In this document: piece after piece, positions 18,756 through 27,376 of the stretch
Numbering within the stretch: position 1 is the stretch's first letter
How the letters are laid out: every line of letters begins with the position of its first letter
Source of the DNA: Acidimicrobiia bacterium
Lineage (GTDB): Bacteria > Actinomycetota > Acidimicrobiia > Acidimicrobiales > JANYDT01
Length of the DNA stretch: 59,494 bases
Assembly: GCA_031418035.1 (NCBI GenBank)
Contig: JANOWU010000306.1
Location: 1 to 59,494 of the forward strand
Reading direction: 5' to 3'
Notes under the pieces: generated by a model
What the model was told of the DNA's origin: nothing
The model's input: the letters and a program-made list of their open reading frames with translations, nothing else
Database searches by the model: none
Translations under genes and position numbers: made by a program

Positions 18756-19207
18756 GATTCTGCGCCTGGCGCCACGCCGAGCAAGCGAGCCGCGGCCTCC
18801 ACGGCCAAGTCGTAACCGTGGCCGCCAAAACCCTGAAGCGAGCCGTGCACGACGGGACCAATGACGCTCGTGTGGCGCCAACTCTCCCGGGCATGCGTGT
18901 TCGACAGGTGAAGCTCGATCTTCACACCGTCGAACGCCGCGAGAGCGTCGTGGAGGGCCCACGAATAGTGGGTCAACGCACCAGCATTGATGACAATCGC
19001 GCCGACCCGGCCGCGAGCCTCGTGCACGGCATTGACGAGTTCACCTTCACTGTTCGATTGTCGATGTTCGAGCGTAAGACCGCGACCCTCCGCGATCGTA
19101 CGTGCTCGTCCGATGTGGTCCTCGAGCGTTGCGGTTCCATAAACCTCCGGTTGACGGGTACCGAGGAGGTTCAGGTTGGGACCCGACACAAACAAGATGA
19201 TCGTCAC
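18752..19207 (-). CDS. aroQ: Type II 3-dehydroquinate dehydratase
   Basis: GPNLNLLGTRQPEVYG, QSNSEG and ELHLSNTHARE motifs. Confidence 0.97.
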   Translation of the reverse strand: MTIILFVSGPNLNLLGTRQPEVYGTATLEDHIGRARTIAEGRGLTLEHRQSNSEGELVNAVHEARGRVGAIVINAGALTHYSWALHDALAAFDGVKIELHLSNTHARESWRHTSVIGPVVHGSLQGFGGHGYDLAVEAAARLLGVAPGAES

Positions 19208-19249
19208 GAGATCAGCCTTTCACGTGCGCGACTCGAGACACGGGCATAA

Positions 19250-20299
19250 TCAGCGAACCGCAGCGAAGGAGTCGAGCAACAGCGCGGGGTCGATACCGGT
19301 GACCTGCTCGACGCCTCTCGGACCATCGAGCACGAAGGTCAACCCATCGAGCGCCTTCTTGTCGCGCCCCATAAGGGCAACGAGTTCCTCGTTCGATGCC
19401 GCGATACTCGCCGGGATTGTCATCGACAGGTCATACCCGGCGACCACGCGTCGATGCTCGTCGACTCGTTCCGACGAAATTCGCCCCAGTCGATGAGCAA
19501 CCTCCGCGACGTACAACAGGCCGATTGCCACCGCCTCGCCGTGCATCACTTCGAACTCGCCGGCAATCTCGAGCGCATGAGCCAGGGTGTGTCCGTAGTT
19601 CAACGTGGCCCGCACACCACCCTCGCGTTCGTCGGCGGCGACGACCTTGGCCTTGATCTCCACGCATCGGGCCACCCGATCCTCCAGCGAAAGATCGCTG
19701 AAGGAGTCGGCGCCCACCGTTGCGTCCAAGAAGTGGTACTTCGCCATCTCCCCCAGACCGCTTCGTCGCTCCCGCGGGGGCATAGTTTCGAGAAACGACA
19801 GATCACACAGGACCGCACTGGGCTGCCAATATGCACCCACCAGGTTCTTGCCCTCGGGCAGGTTCACGCCGGTCTTGCCGCCGATTGCTGCGTCGATCAT
19901 TCCCAGGAGCGTTGTCGAGACGTAGATCACGGAAATCCCGCGGTGGTAACACGATGCTGCGAACCCACCGACATCGGTCACCATTCCGCCGCCCACCGCA
20001 ATGACCACGTCGTTTCGGTTCATACCCCAGGTGGCCCATTCACGGCACAGCATTTCGATGGTGGAGAGGTTCTTTTCCTTCTCGCCCGGGCCGACGAGAA
20101 AGCGCCGGTGTTCGATACCTGGGTCCAACGAACTTACGCTCGGACAGGCGTCCACGATCGACTGCTGGGTCACGACGGCCGCCCGTTTGGCCTTGGGGAC
20201 CACCGTTCTCACGATGTCGGCCAGGGCCTCTCGTGTCCCAACACCGACGTGGACGTCGTACGCCCGCCCCTCCCCCAATTGCACCGAGACCATTTTCAC
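19250..20299 (-). CDS. aroB: 3-dehydroquinate synthase
   Basis: GGGMVTDVGGF, DAAIGGKTGVN, KNLVGAY and LNYGHTLAHALE motifs. Confidence 0.97.
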   Translation of the reverse strand: MKMVSVQLGEGRAYDVHVGVGTREALADIVRTVVPKAKRAAVVTQQSIVDACPSVSSLDPGIEHRRFLVGPGEKEKNLSTIEMLCREWATWGMNRNDVVIAVGGGMVTDVGGFAASCYHRGISVIYVSTTLLGMIDAAIGGKTGVNLPEGKNLVGAYWQPSAVLCDLSFLETMPPRERRSGLGEMAKYHFLDATVGADSFSDLSLEDRVARCVEIKAKVVAADEREGGVRATLNYGHTLAHALEIAGEFEVMHGEAVAIGLLYVAEVAHRLGRISSERVDEHRRVVAGYDLSMTIPASIAASNEELVALMGRDKKALDGLTFVLDGPRGVEQVTGIDPALLLDSFAAVR

Positions 20300-20360
20300 G
20301 TCCCTATTCTGCCTCTCTGTTCCCACTTGGGGCGCGCACAGCGGTACCTTTGACGACGTC

Positions 20361-20888
20361 GTGCTCACCGAACTCGCTTCCCCCGCTGCCCTGCTTGCGG
20401 CGGCCATTTTCCTCGTCGCTGCCTCTGCAAAACTGCGGAGTAGATCGTCTACCCGTGCCGCAGTTGCGGCGTTCGGTCTCCCGACGGTTGTTTCGGTGGT
20501 GCTCGCCCCGGTGGAGATCGCCACCGGCCTGGCAATCCTGGTGACTCCCCGGATCGGGGCGGTCCTCGCCGCAGGTTTGCTGGTGCTGTTCAGCATCGTC
20601 GTGATCCGATCGCTTCGTCGAGGTGTTGCCGTGCGATGCGGGTGCTTCGGCGGCACCGACCAGCGACGCGTCGGCATCGACACCATGATCCGAAATCTGT
20701 TCCTGTTGGTCCTCACCATCGTTGCCGGCACCGCGTCGGGGACGCTTTCGAAACCAACGCTCCCGGCGATGGTGGCAGTCGGATCGGGCGCCATCGCGGC
20801 CATGCTGATCGTCGCCCTCGTACGACTCGGCGACGACGTGGGATCGGTGTTCGGGCAACGTCTTGATGGTTTGGGTGATCGCTCGTGA
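20361..20888 (+). CDS. mauE: MauE/DoxX family membrane protein
   Basis: About five TM segments with AIFLVAASAKL, VEIATG, CGCFG and IRNLFL motifs. GTG start inferred. Confidence 0.85.
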   Translation: MLTELASPAALLAAAIFLVAASAKLRSRSSTRAAVAAFGLPTVVSVVLAPVEIATGLAILVTPRIGAVLAAGLLVLFSIVVIRSLRRGVAVRCGCFGGTDQRRVGIDTMIRNLFLLVLTIVAGTASGTLSKPTLPAMVAVGSGAIAAMLIVALVRLGDDVGSVFGQRLDGLGDRS

Positions 20889-21397
20889 AGAACGGTCTCT
20901 GGACCCTGTCCTACGTCATCTTGTGGATCACGGTTGTGGTTCTCGGTGTCACCGTCGTTGCCCTGCTCCGCCAGATCGGGGTGTTGCATGCGCGCTTAGC
21001 ACCACTCGGGACGCACTTCGCCGGTGAGGGCCCCGAACTGAATTCGATCGCGCCGCCCGTTGGGCTCGAGTGGATGGCCGCTCCACTCACCACTGTCCTC
21101 TTCACCTCGACGACGTGCACCATCTGCCGCGAACTGAAACCGAGCATCGAAGCGCTCAAACGCCAGTACCGCGACCTTCGATTCGAGACGGTGGATGCCC
21201 AGGATCAGGCGGCGACCTTTGCCGCGTTCACGGTTCGATCAACGCCTTACGTTGTCACCGTCGATCGCGATGGCATCGTCCGTGGACGTGGTGTTGCCAA
21301 CAGCGTCGAACAAATCGAACAACTCATCACGGAGTCTCTTGCTACGACAACCGAAATCACCGAACACGCCCACAACGACAATCTAAGGAACGCATGA
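20885..21397 (+). CDS. mauD: MauD-like membrane-anchored thioredoxin-fold protein
   Basis: TM helix followed by LLRQIGVLHARLAP, CTIC (CxxC), STPY cis-Pro loop and GIVRGRGVANS. GTGA overlap with mauE. Confidence 0.87.
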   Translation: MKNGLWTLSYVILWITVVVLGVTVVALLRQIGVLHARLAPLGTHFAGEGPELNSIAPPVGLEWMAAPLTTVLFTSTTCTICRELKPSIEALKRQYRDLRFETVDAQDQAATFAAFTVRSTPYVVTVDRDGIVRGRGVANSVEQIEQLITESLATTTEITEHAHNDNLRNA

Positions 21398-23046
21398 GTA
21401 CCCTCGATCGACTGACGGAGTCGATGGCCCGTTGGACGGCGAAACGAACGACGCGTCGCTCGTTTCTCGCGAACGCTGGCCGCCTTGCGGTTGTCACGGC
21501 CGCCGGAAGCACGATCACCGCAGTATTGGCCAGTCAGGCACAGGCCCGGGTGTGCGGGCAGTCGGGCGTCTCCCCGAAGTGTCCAACGTATGACTGCCAG
21601 ACGCCAGGATTCTGGGGGTACTGCTGGTACGCGTCGCCCGGCTGCTGCGCCAACGGCGGTTTGAAGAAGATCTGCGATTGTTGCCTGACGGGCTGGCCGA
21701 ACGTCCAGGGGTACTGTCCCACCGGATCGTCCGTGTACTGCATCGTCGAGAGCTGTCTCGAAGATCCTCGGGTTCAGTCGGTGCCACTCGACCGATGGGC
21801 GAGCAAGAACCCGGTGTCGGCCGGAGTCGAGCGATCGTTGCTGCGTCCCGCGGCCGATACGGTTGTGGTGGCGAACGCCAGTGAAACGCTGGCGAGCATT
21901 CTCGCAGTGCCGGTGGCTGGCGAGCTCAATGCACCGATTCTTGGGATTACGGCCGACGCCCTCGCCGCCGAGGTAACGGCCGAGATCTCCCGACTCGGGG
22001 CAAAACGGGTTGTGGTCGCTGCGCCCGGCCTGGCTCCGGCAGTTCTCGAAGCAATAGGTGGACTTACGGTTGGTGGAGTCACCGTGGAGAATGTGGCCCC
22101 ATCCTCGGCGCCCGGCGACTTTGCAGGCGCTTCCCTGGAAGTCGCACGATGGCTGTATGCGCGTACTCTGCGCCTCGAGATCGTGGTCATCGGAACCGAT
22201 GGCGAGGCCGCGTCGATCGCACCGGCCGCTGCCGCCTTCGCCCGCGGTTTGCGGGCCCCCGTGCTCGTCGGTGCCGATGCCGCCCGTGCTTTTGCCGCCG
22301 AATTGTCAAGCAAACTTACGATCACGTCAGTCGGCACCTCGTTGCACGGAGTCTTCCCCGAAGCGGCAGCCTTCACCAAGGGCACACCGGCCTTCATCTC
22401 ACGAGCCCTGGCCGACCGAGTCATCGAACGCGACACCGGTGCCTTGAGCCTCGGTATAGCGGCAACCGTCACCGGCGGATTCGGGTACGTCGTTGCTGCG
22501 AACAACATCGTGCTCGTGCACGATACCGGCGTTGTCACCGACGAATTACGTGAATGGATCGGCACCCGACGCCGACGCTTCTCGCGAGGCGAAGTGTGCG
22601 TCGCTGCGCCAGGAGCATTCGACAACGCGAACATCTACCTCCTGCAATCGGCACTGAACGGGTTCGACGCCCAACACCTCGCCGGTGGTGGCGGAGACGG
22701 TCTTCCCGTGTACGCCCAGCCGATCGAGGAGCAGGTGATCGGGAAGGCCCGGGTGTCCGGAGCGCTCCCCCCTCAAATCGGTGCGGGAAAGCCCGTGCGC
22801 CGATCTCGCATCGAGGACCGCTATCCCGTACCGACCGTCGCGATGCCTCCTCCGACCTCGTGGCCCCCCGGCACCACGACCACCACGTTGCCGCCCGCAT
22901 CGGCGACGACCCTCGCTCCGTTGCGCCCGGCGTCGACGGTACCCGGAGCCGCACCGGCAGCCGGAACCACGCCGAACTCCTCGAAACCCCGCCCGAACAC
23001 GACCCCCACAACGACCAAAAAAACGCCACCCACGACAAAGAAATGA
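21394..23046 (+). CDS. Tat-exported protein: 12-Cys MauA (MADH light chain)-like domain + cell-wall-binding-2-like repeats + Pro/Thr tail
   Basis: TRRSFL twin-arginine signal ending AQA; 12 Cys and 3 Trp in ~68 aa including ICDCC; degenerate PILL-type repeats (NAPILG, RAPVLV); ATGA overlaps at both ends. Confidence 0.75.
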   Translation: MSTLDRLTESMARWTAKRTTRRSFLANAGRLAVVTAAGSTITAVLASQAQARVCGQSGVSPKCPTYDCQTPGFWGYCWYASPGCCANGGLKKICDCCLTGWPNVQGYCPTGSSVYCIVESCLEDPRVQSVPLDRWASKNPVSAGVERSLLRPAADTVVVANASETLASILAVPVAGELNAPILGITADALAAEVTAEISRLGAKRVVVAAPGLAPAVLEAIGGLTVGGVTVENVAPSSAPGDFAGASLEVARWLYARTLRLEIVVIGTDGEAASIAPAAAAFARGLRAPVLVGADAARAFAAELSSKLTITSVGTSLHGVFPEAAAFTKGTPAFISRALADRVIERDTGALSLGIAATVTGGFGYVVAANNIVLVHDTGVVTDELREWIGTRRRRFSRGEVCVAAPGAFDNANIYLLQSALNGFDAQHLAGGGGDGLPVYAQPIEEQVIGKARVSGALPPQIGAGKPVRRSRIEDRYPVPTVAMPPPTSWPPGTTTTTLPPASATTLAPLRPASTVPGAAPAAGTTPNSSKPRPNTTPTTTKKTPPTTKK

Positions 23047-23699
23047 GCGCCCTTGCGGCCGTCGCCGTGCTTGCGTCGTTCCTCGCCGGACTGCGCTCGC
23101 TCTGGTCACCTTGAGGCCTCTCGGTCGCCGAGACCGTTCTGCCTTCCGTGCGAGGGCCAGGAAAGTTCCTCACTGCGGTCGTGTTGCTCACCACGCTTAC
23201 TATTCCTGCAGTAGCGCTCAGTGCCGTTCTTGCCCTGGTGATCGAAGCGACGCTGCCCGAATCGCTTCGGCTCGGCACCCAATGGGTCGTTTTGGGTATC
23301 ACCCTGGCCCTCGAAGTGCTCGGCGTGCGGACCTTGGCGATTCATCGCCAGGTTCCCCAGTGGTGGGGGCACCGCTATGGTCCGGTTGCGGCCGCTGCGC
23401 GCTACGGCCTTCGCATGGGCGTTGGACCGGCAACCATTCTGTCCTCCTGGTTTTGGTGGACGGGCGTCGTCCTCGCCGCGATGGCATCGGTGCGATGGAG
23501 CGTCGTGAGCGGCGTCGTGTTCGCCGCATCGAGATTCGCCACCATGTACGCGTTGGCGTGGCGCAATCCCACCGGCGTCGAGATGGCCAACCGTGTTCGC
23601 ACGGTGGAGTCGTGGCGAACTCGCGCACGAATGCTGGCTATCGCCGCAATGGTGATCGCTTCCGGGGCAACAGCTCTGGGTCAGATTGCTGCGCGTTGA
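23043..23699 (+). CDS. MauF/DsbD-like membrane protein with in-frame TGA (candidate selenocysteine) at codon 24
   Basis: ATG overlaps the previous stop. Reads ...RSLWSP-TGA(23112)-GLSV... and stays open to 23699. RQVPQWW and YGLRMGVG..T motifs. Confidence 0.72.
23115..23135 (+). promoter_or_regulatory. Candidate bacterial SECIS hairpin
   Basis: GG-CC-TCTCGG-TCG-CCGAGA-CC begins immediately 3' of the in-frame TGA. Confidence 0.45.
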
Positions 23700-23705
23700 C
23701 CATCG

Positions 23706-25031
23706 CTACGACGCGTCGCTCGCCACTCGAAACAACGTGTCCTCATCGAATGCGCGACCGAGCAGGTCGATGCCGATTTGCGGAAAGCCGTTCGCCAATG
23801 GACCGGGAACGGCCAGCGCGGGGAGACCACTGTTGGCGGACAACCAGCAGTTCCCGGTGATCTGCTTCGCCCCTCGGCGTCCCGGAGAAGCGATCGTGGT
23901 CGGGTAGGCAATTGCGTCGAGGTTCTGCTTGTCGAGAAGCTCGAGAATTCGAGTTCGTAAGCGCGCTTGCGAAGTTAGCCTGGAGGCGTACGCTGCGTTC
24001 TTGGGCAACGTCCACGGAACTTCACCTCGACGCCAGAGCGAACGCGCCCTCTCGAACTCGTCGTCGATGACGGACGCACCAACCAGACCCGTAGATCCGA
24101 TATCCACAACGACGTATCCGTTGGCACGAAGAATGCCGACCGGAGAGCCGGCCCCGCGATCCACCCTGCCGAATCCCCCGAACACACCGATCCGACGACT
24201 TCGCTCGCGCGCAGGAGCTTGCCTTGCCCCAAGAGTCAAAGGATCGAGGGCGTCGGGTTGCGAGATGACGTCGAACAGCAGCTGAAGATCGTCGACGTTG
24301 CGGGCCAACGGTCCCACGACGTCTTGGGTCGGCGAGAGGGGAACGACGCCATGCCGGCTCACCGCGCCTTTCGTCGGCCGCAATCCGAATATGCCATTCG
24401 CCGACGCCGGATAGCGAATCGAACCGCAGGTATCTGTACCAAGTGCGATGTCGACCATCCCCGTCGCAACGGCGACGGCACTCCCCCCGCTCGAACCCAG
24501 CGGAGAACGGTTGGGGTCGAACGCGTTGCCCGTGGAGCCAAACTCGCTGACCGAGCGGGTGCCCCGGGCCCACGAATCCATGTTCGTCGCCCCCACGATG
24601 ATGCCGCCGGCCTCAAGTATCTGACGCACAACGAAAGCATCGACTACCGGACGCGATGGGCTGCGGTTCGTGTGACGCACCCCGGCGCTTGCCGGCAGCG
24701 TCGCAAGGTCGATGTTCGCCTTGATCGCAATCGTCCGTCGATCGAGCACCCCACTCGTGGTTTCGCCGAACTCACCATCGCGTTGTCGAGCGATCGCGAC
24801 TGCGTCTTCGTTTCTGGCGATGAACGCCCCGAAGCGCTGGTCCTCACGCATGATCGTCGCCAGGGCATCACGGGCAATCTGTTCGCGGCTGAGGCCGGGC
24901 GATGTGATCGATGCGGTCGGCTGAGCGACGTTTGCCGTCGCCGAGGCCGAGGCCGAGGCCGAGGCCGACAAGACGGCGACGGCAACGCCAAGCGCGAGAG
25001 CGCCCGAGAAGGCACCCGACCGCACGATCAC
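23706..25031 (-). CDS. Secreted amidase-signature family enzyme
   Basis: AIKANI (Lys), GSSGGSA and GTDTCGSIRYPA. Signal peptide present. GTG overlaps the pbpC stop. Confidence 0.88.
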   Translation of the reverse strand: MIVRSGAFSGALALGVAVAVLSASASASASATANVAQPTASITSPGLSREQIARDALATIMREDQRFGAFIARNEDAVAIARQRDGEFGETTSGVLDRRTIAIKANIDLATLPASAGVRHTNRSPSRPVVDAFVVRQILEAGGIIVGATNMDSWARGTRSVSEFGSTGNAFDPNRSPLGSSGGSAVAVATGMVDIALGTDTCGSIRYPASANGIFGLRPTKGAVSRHGVVPLSPTQDVVGPLARNVDDLQLLFDVISQPDALDPLTLGARQAPARERSRRIGVFGGFGRVDRGAGSPVGILRANGYVVVDIGSTGLVGASVIDDEFERARSLWRRGEVPWTLPKNAAYASRLTSQARLRTRILELLDKQNLDAIAYPTTIASPGRRGAKQITGNCWLSANSGLPALAVPGPLANGFPQIGIDLLGRAFDEDTLFRVASDAS

Positions 25032-27364
25032 CGAACGACGATCCGCGTGCACTGCCGCCGAGCGAACGCATCCGACGCGCACACTTCGAACTCGCCGGCC
25101 TCCAGCGTCCATCGGCTGTCGGGCACCGGTTGCCCTCCGGGAGGCCCATCCAGAGGACGAATGGTGAACCGGTACGGAGCAACGCCGCCGGTCGCTCGAA
25201 ACCGAAGGGCTTGTCGGTCGACGGGGATCGAGGGATCGATGAGGTACTTGGCGCCGCGTTTCGGTTCGGTGAGCGCAAAGGCGATGGCCGGATTCGTCGG
25301 GCGCGATCCGGCCCCACTGCGATCTTGCTCCGTCGCCGCCGATCGAGGTGCGACCCAGCGATAGTCCGTGCGCATAGTATCGCAGGCCGCCGACGCGCAG
25401 ACCTGGTACTCCTCGACCGTTTCCGGTTGTGGCATCACCAGCTCAGGACGATCGACGCTGTCCTTCGGCGTAAGCGAATCATGGGCGGCAAGCATCACGT
25501 CGTGGAAGAGCGGTCCTGCACCGGTGATCCCGCTGGCGTCGCGAAGCGACGTGCGATCAAAGTTGCCGACCCACACGCCGACGGTGAAGTCTTTCGTGAA
25601 CCCGACCACCCAGTTGTCGTGGTAGTTCTGCGATGTCCCCGTTTTCGCAGCGACCGGAAACGGAAAGCGCAGCACGCTGTCGCGTCCGAACGCCGGAGCC
25701 CGTGCTTCGTTGTCGCTCAACACCTCGGCCACGAGAAACGCCGCGCCGGCGGACATGATCCGACCCTGCGTGGATCGCGTGTCGTCGTCCACGGGGTCCC
25801 CAAGGTCACCCAGATCGGCGTCGTCAGAAGATGGTTCATCGGACACTGCGAGCGACGCTGACTCACTGAGGGTCGCCTCCACGGACCGACCTTCCCGGGC
25901 AATGGCCGCATACGAACGGGTGAGGTCGAGCAGGTTCATTTCGCCCGCCCCCAGGGCCAACGACAGACCATGGCGCTCTACGCCCCCGTCGATCTCCACT
26001 CCCCCTGCTGTGAGCGAATCGAGAAGCGCATGCGGACCAACTTCGGCAAGGAGCTTCACCGCCGGCACGTTGATCGACGAGGCAAGTGCCATGCGCAGAG
26101 ACACCAGGCCGCGAAATTTACGGTCATAGTTCTCCGGTCGAAAATCGTCGGCGAATCCCGGTCGAACGAACGGCGCATCATCGATCATGTCGCCGGGCGT
26201 TCGTCCGGCGTCGAAGGCGACTCCGTAGATGAAGGGTTTGATCGTCGATCCCGTTTGTCGTCGTTGCAGCGGGCCGTTGATCATTCCGCCGTTGTCAATG
26301 TCGGTGTAGCCGCCGCTTCCCTCCCATGCCCGAACCGCACCGGTCCTGTTGTCCAAGATGACAACCGATACGTTGCTCACCGAGTTCGACGCGAGCAGTG
26401 CCCGTCGGCGTCGAGCGATGCCCTGCACCCTTCGCTGCAGATCAAGATCGAGAGAAGTCCTCATGAACGCGAACCCATTCGCGTGGTCGACGTGTGTCGC
26501 CCATTTCGGATTGGATCGCAACATGTCCACGACATGCGGCGCCGGTGATGCCCCCGACTCGCGGATCGACACCAAGATCAACTCACGGCGCGCTTTTTCG
26601 TACGTAGGCGTATCAATTGCCCCGCTCGATCGCAATCGTCGGAGAATCCATCGCTGACGATTGAGCGCCGCATTCGGGTCCCGCATGGGGTTAAAACGCG
26701 TGGGCCGCTGAGGCAGCGCCGCAAGGTACGCAGCCTGCGCCCACGACAGCTGCGAAACGGTCGTGTCGAAGTAGACCCGAGCGCCATCTTCGGCGCCGAC
26801 GACCCGCCCACCGTAGGGCGCCTCGGCGAGGAAGGCCGACAGAATCTGTTCCTTGCTCAGCTTGCGGTCGAGCCGGACCGCATACAACGCCTCGCTCGCT
26901 TTTGTTCCAAATCCGCCACTGCGACCCGTTCGGCCCATTCGAAGTTTCACCAACTGCTGTGTGAGCGTCGAGCCGCCCTGCACCATTGACCGGGCCCGAA
27001 CATCAGCGAGCCCGGCGCGGCCGATGGCGACCAGATCGACACCGGGATGGCTGGCGAATCGCTCATCCTCGGCAACGATCGTCGCTCTGGCCAACTTCGA
27101 GCCGCGAGCCACGAGCGACGGGAGCCGTCTGAGCTCCGACGCCGCCCGGCGCGCGTCGCGAGCCACACGAGACGACGTCGGGTCGAGCGGACGATTCCGG
27201 CGATCAAGGAGTACCAGAGTGGTCGACTTCGACGCTGACGCTTCGACCTCGTCCGGGAGAGGACCGAAGTACGCCCACACACAAAACGCAGCGACCGTGA
27301 ACGCGCCGAACAGACAGAGGCGACGCAGCCACGGGAACCGTCTGTCTGTGCGCGGGCGACCCAT
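25028..27364 (-). CDS. pbpC: Penicillin-binding protein 1C (transglycosylase + transpeptidase + C-terminal domain)
   Basis: EDERF..HPGVD, GGSTLTQQL, STIK (SxxK), SIN and KTG motifs. Directly downstream of alpha-2-macroglobulin. Confidence 0.92.
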   Translation of the reverse strand: MGRPRTDRRFPWLRRLCLFGAFTVAAFCVWAYFGPLPDEVEASASKSTTLVLLDRRNRPLDPTSSRVARDARRAASELRRLPSLVARGSKLARATIVAEDERFASHPGVDLVAIGRAGLADVRARSMVQGGSTLTQQLVKLRMGRTGRSGGFGTKASEALYAVRLDRKLSKEQILSAFLAEAPYGGRVVGAEDGARVYFDTTVSQLSWAQAAYLAALPQRPTRFNPMRDPNAALNRQRWILRRLRSSGAIDTPTYEKARRELILVSIRESGASPAPHVVDMLRSNPKWATHVDHANGFAFMRTSLDLDLQRRVQGIARRRRALLASNSVSNVSVVILDNRTGAVRAWEGSGGYTDIDNGGMINGPLQRRQTGSTIKPFIYGVAFDAGRTPGDMIDDAPFVRPGFADDFRPENYDRKFRGLVSLRMALASSINVPAVKLLAEVGPHALLDSLTAGGVEIDGGVERHGLSLALGAGEMNLLDLTRSYAAIAREGRSVEATLSESASLAVSDEPSSDDADLGDLGDPVDDDTRSTQGRIMSAGAAFLVAEVLSDNEARAPAFGRDSVLRFPFPVAAKTGTSQNYHDNWVVGFTKDFTVGVWVGNFDRTSLRDASGITGAGPLFHDVMLAAHDSLTPKDSVDRPELVMPQPETVEEYQVCASAACDTMRTDYRWVAPRSAATEQDRSGAGSRPTNPAIAFALTEPKRGAKYLIDPSIPVDRQALRFRATGGVAPYRFTIRPLDGPPGGQPVPDSRWTLEAGEFEVCASDAFARRQCTRIVVR

Positions 27365-27376
27365 CGGTACTCGACG

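Noticed and set aside
19250-20989. 579-aa AroB with a long N-terminal extension (likewise the extended ORF-track starts for pepQ, the response regulator and the Tat protein)
   Set aside because: The extensions overlap real neighbouring genes. Homology, RBS and stop-start overlaps point to the internal starts.
20361-23699. Calling the Mau-like operon a functional methylamine dehydrogenase
   Set aside because: No beta-propeller large subunit, MauG or electron acceptor is present in the window, and the Cys-rich domain is much shorter than MauA.
24940-24968. (GCCGAG)n microsatellite as a phase-variation switch in the amidase
   Set aside because: The 6-nt unit keeps the frame and only alters a Ser-Ala run near the signal peptide.
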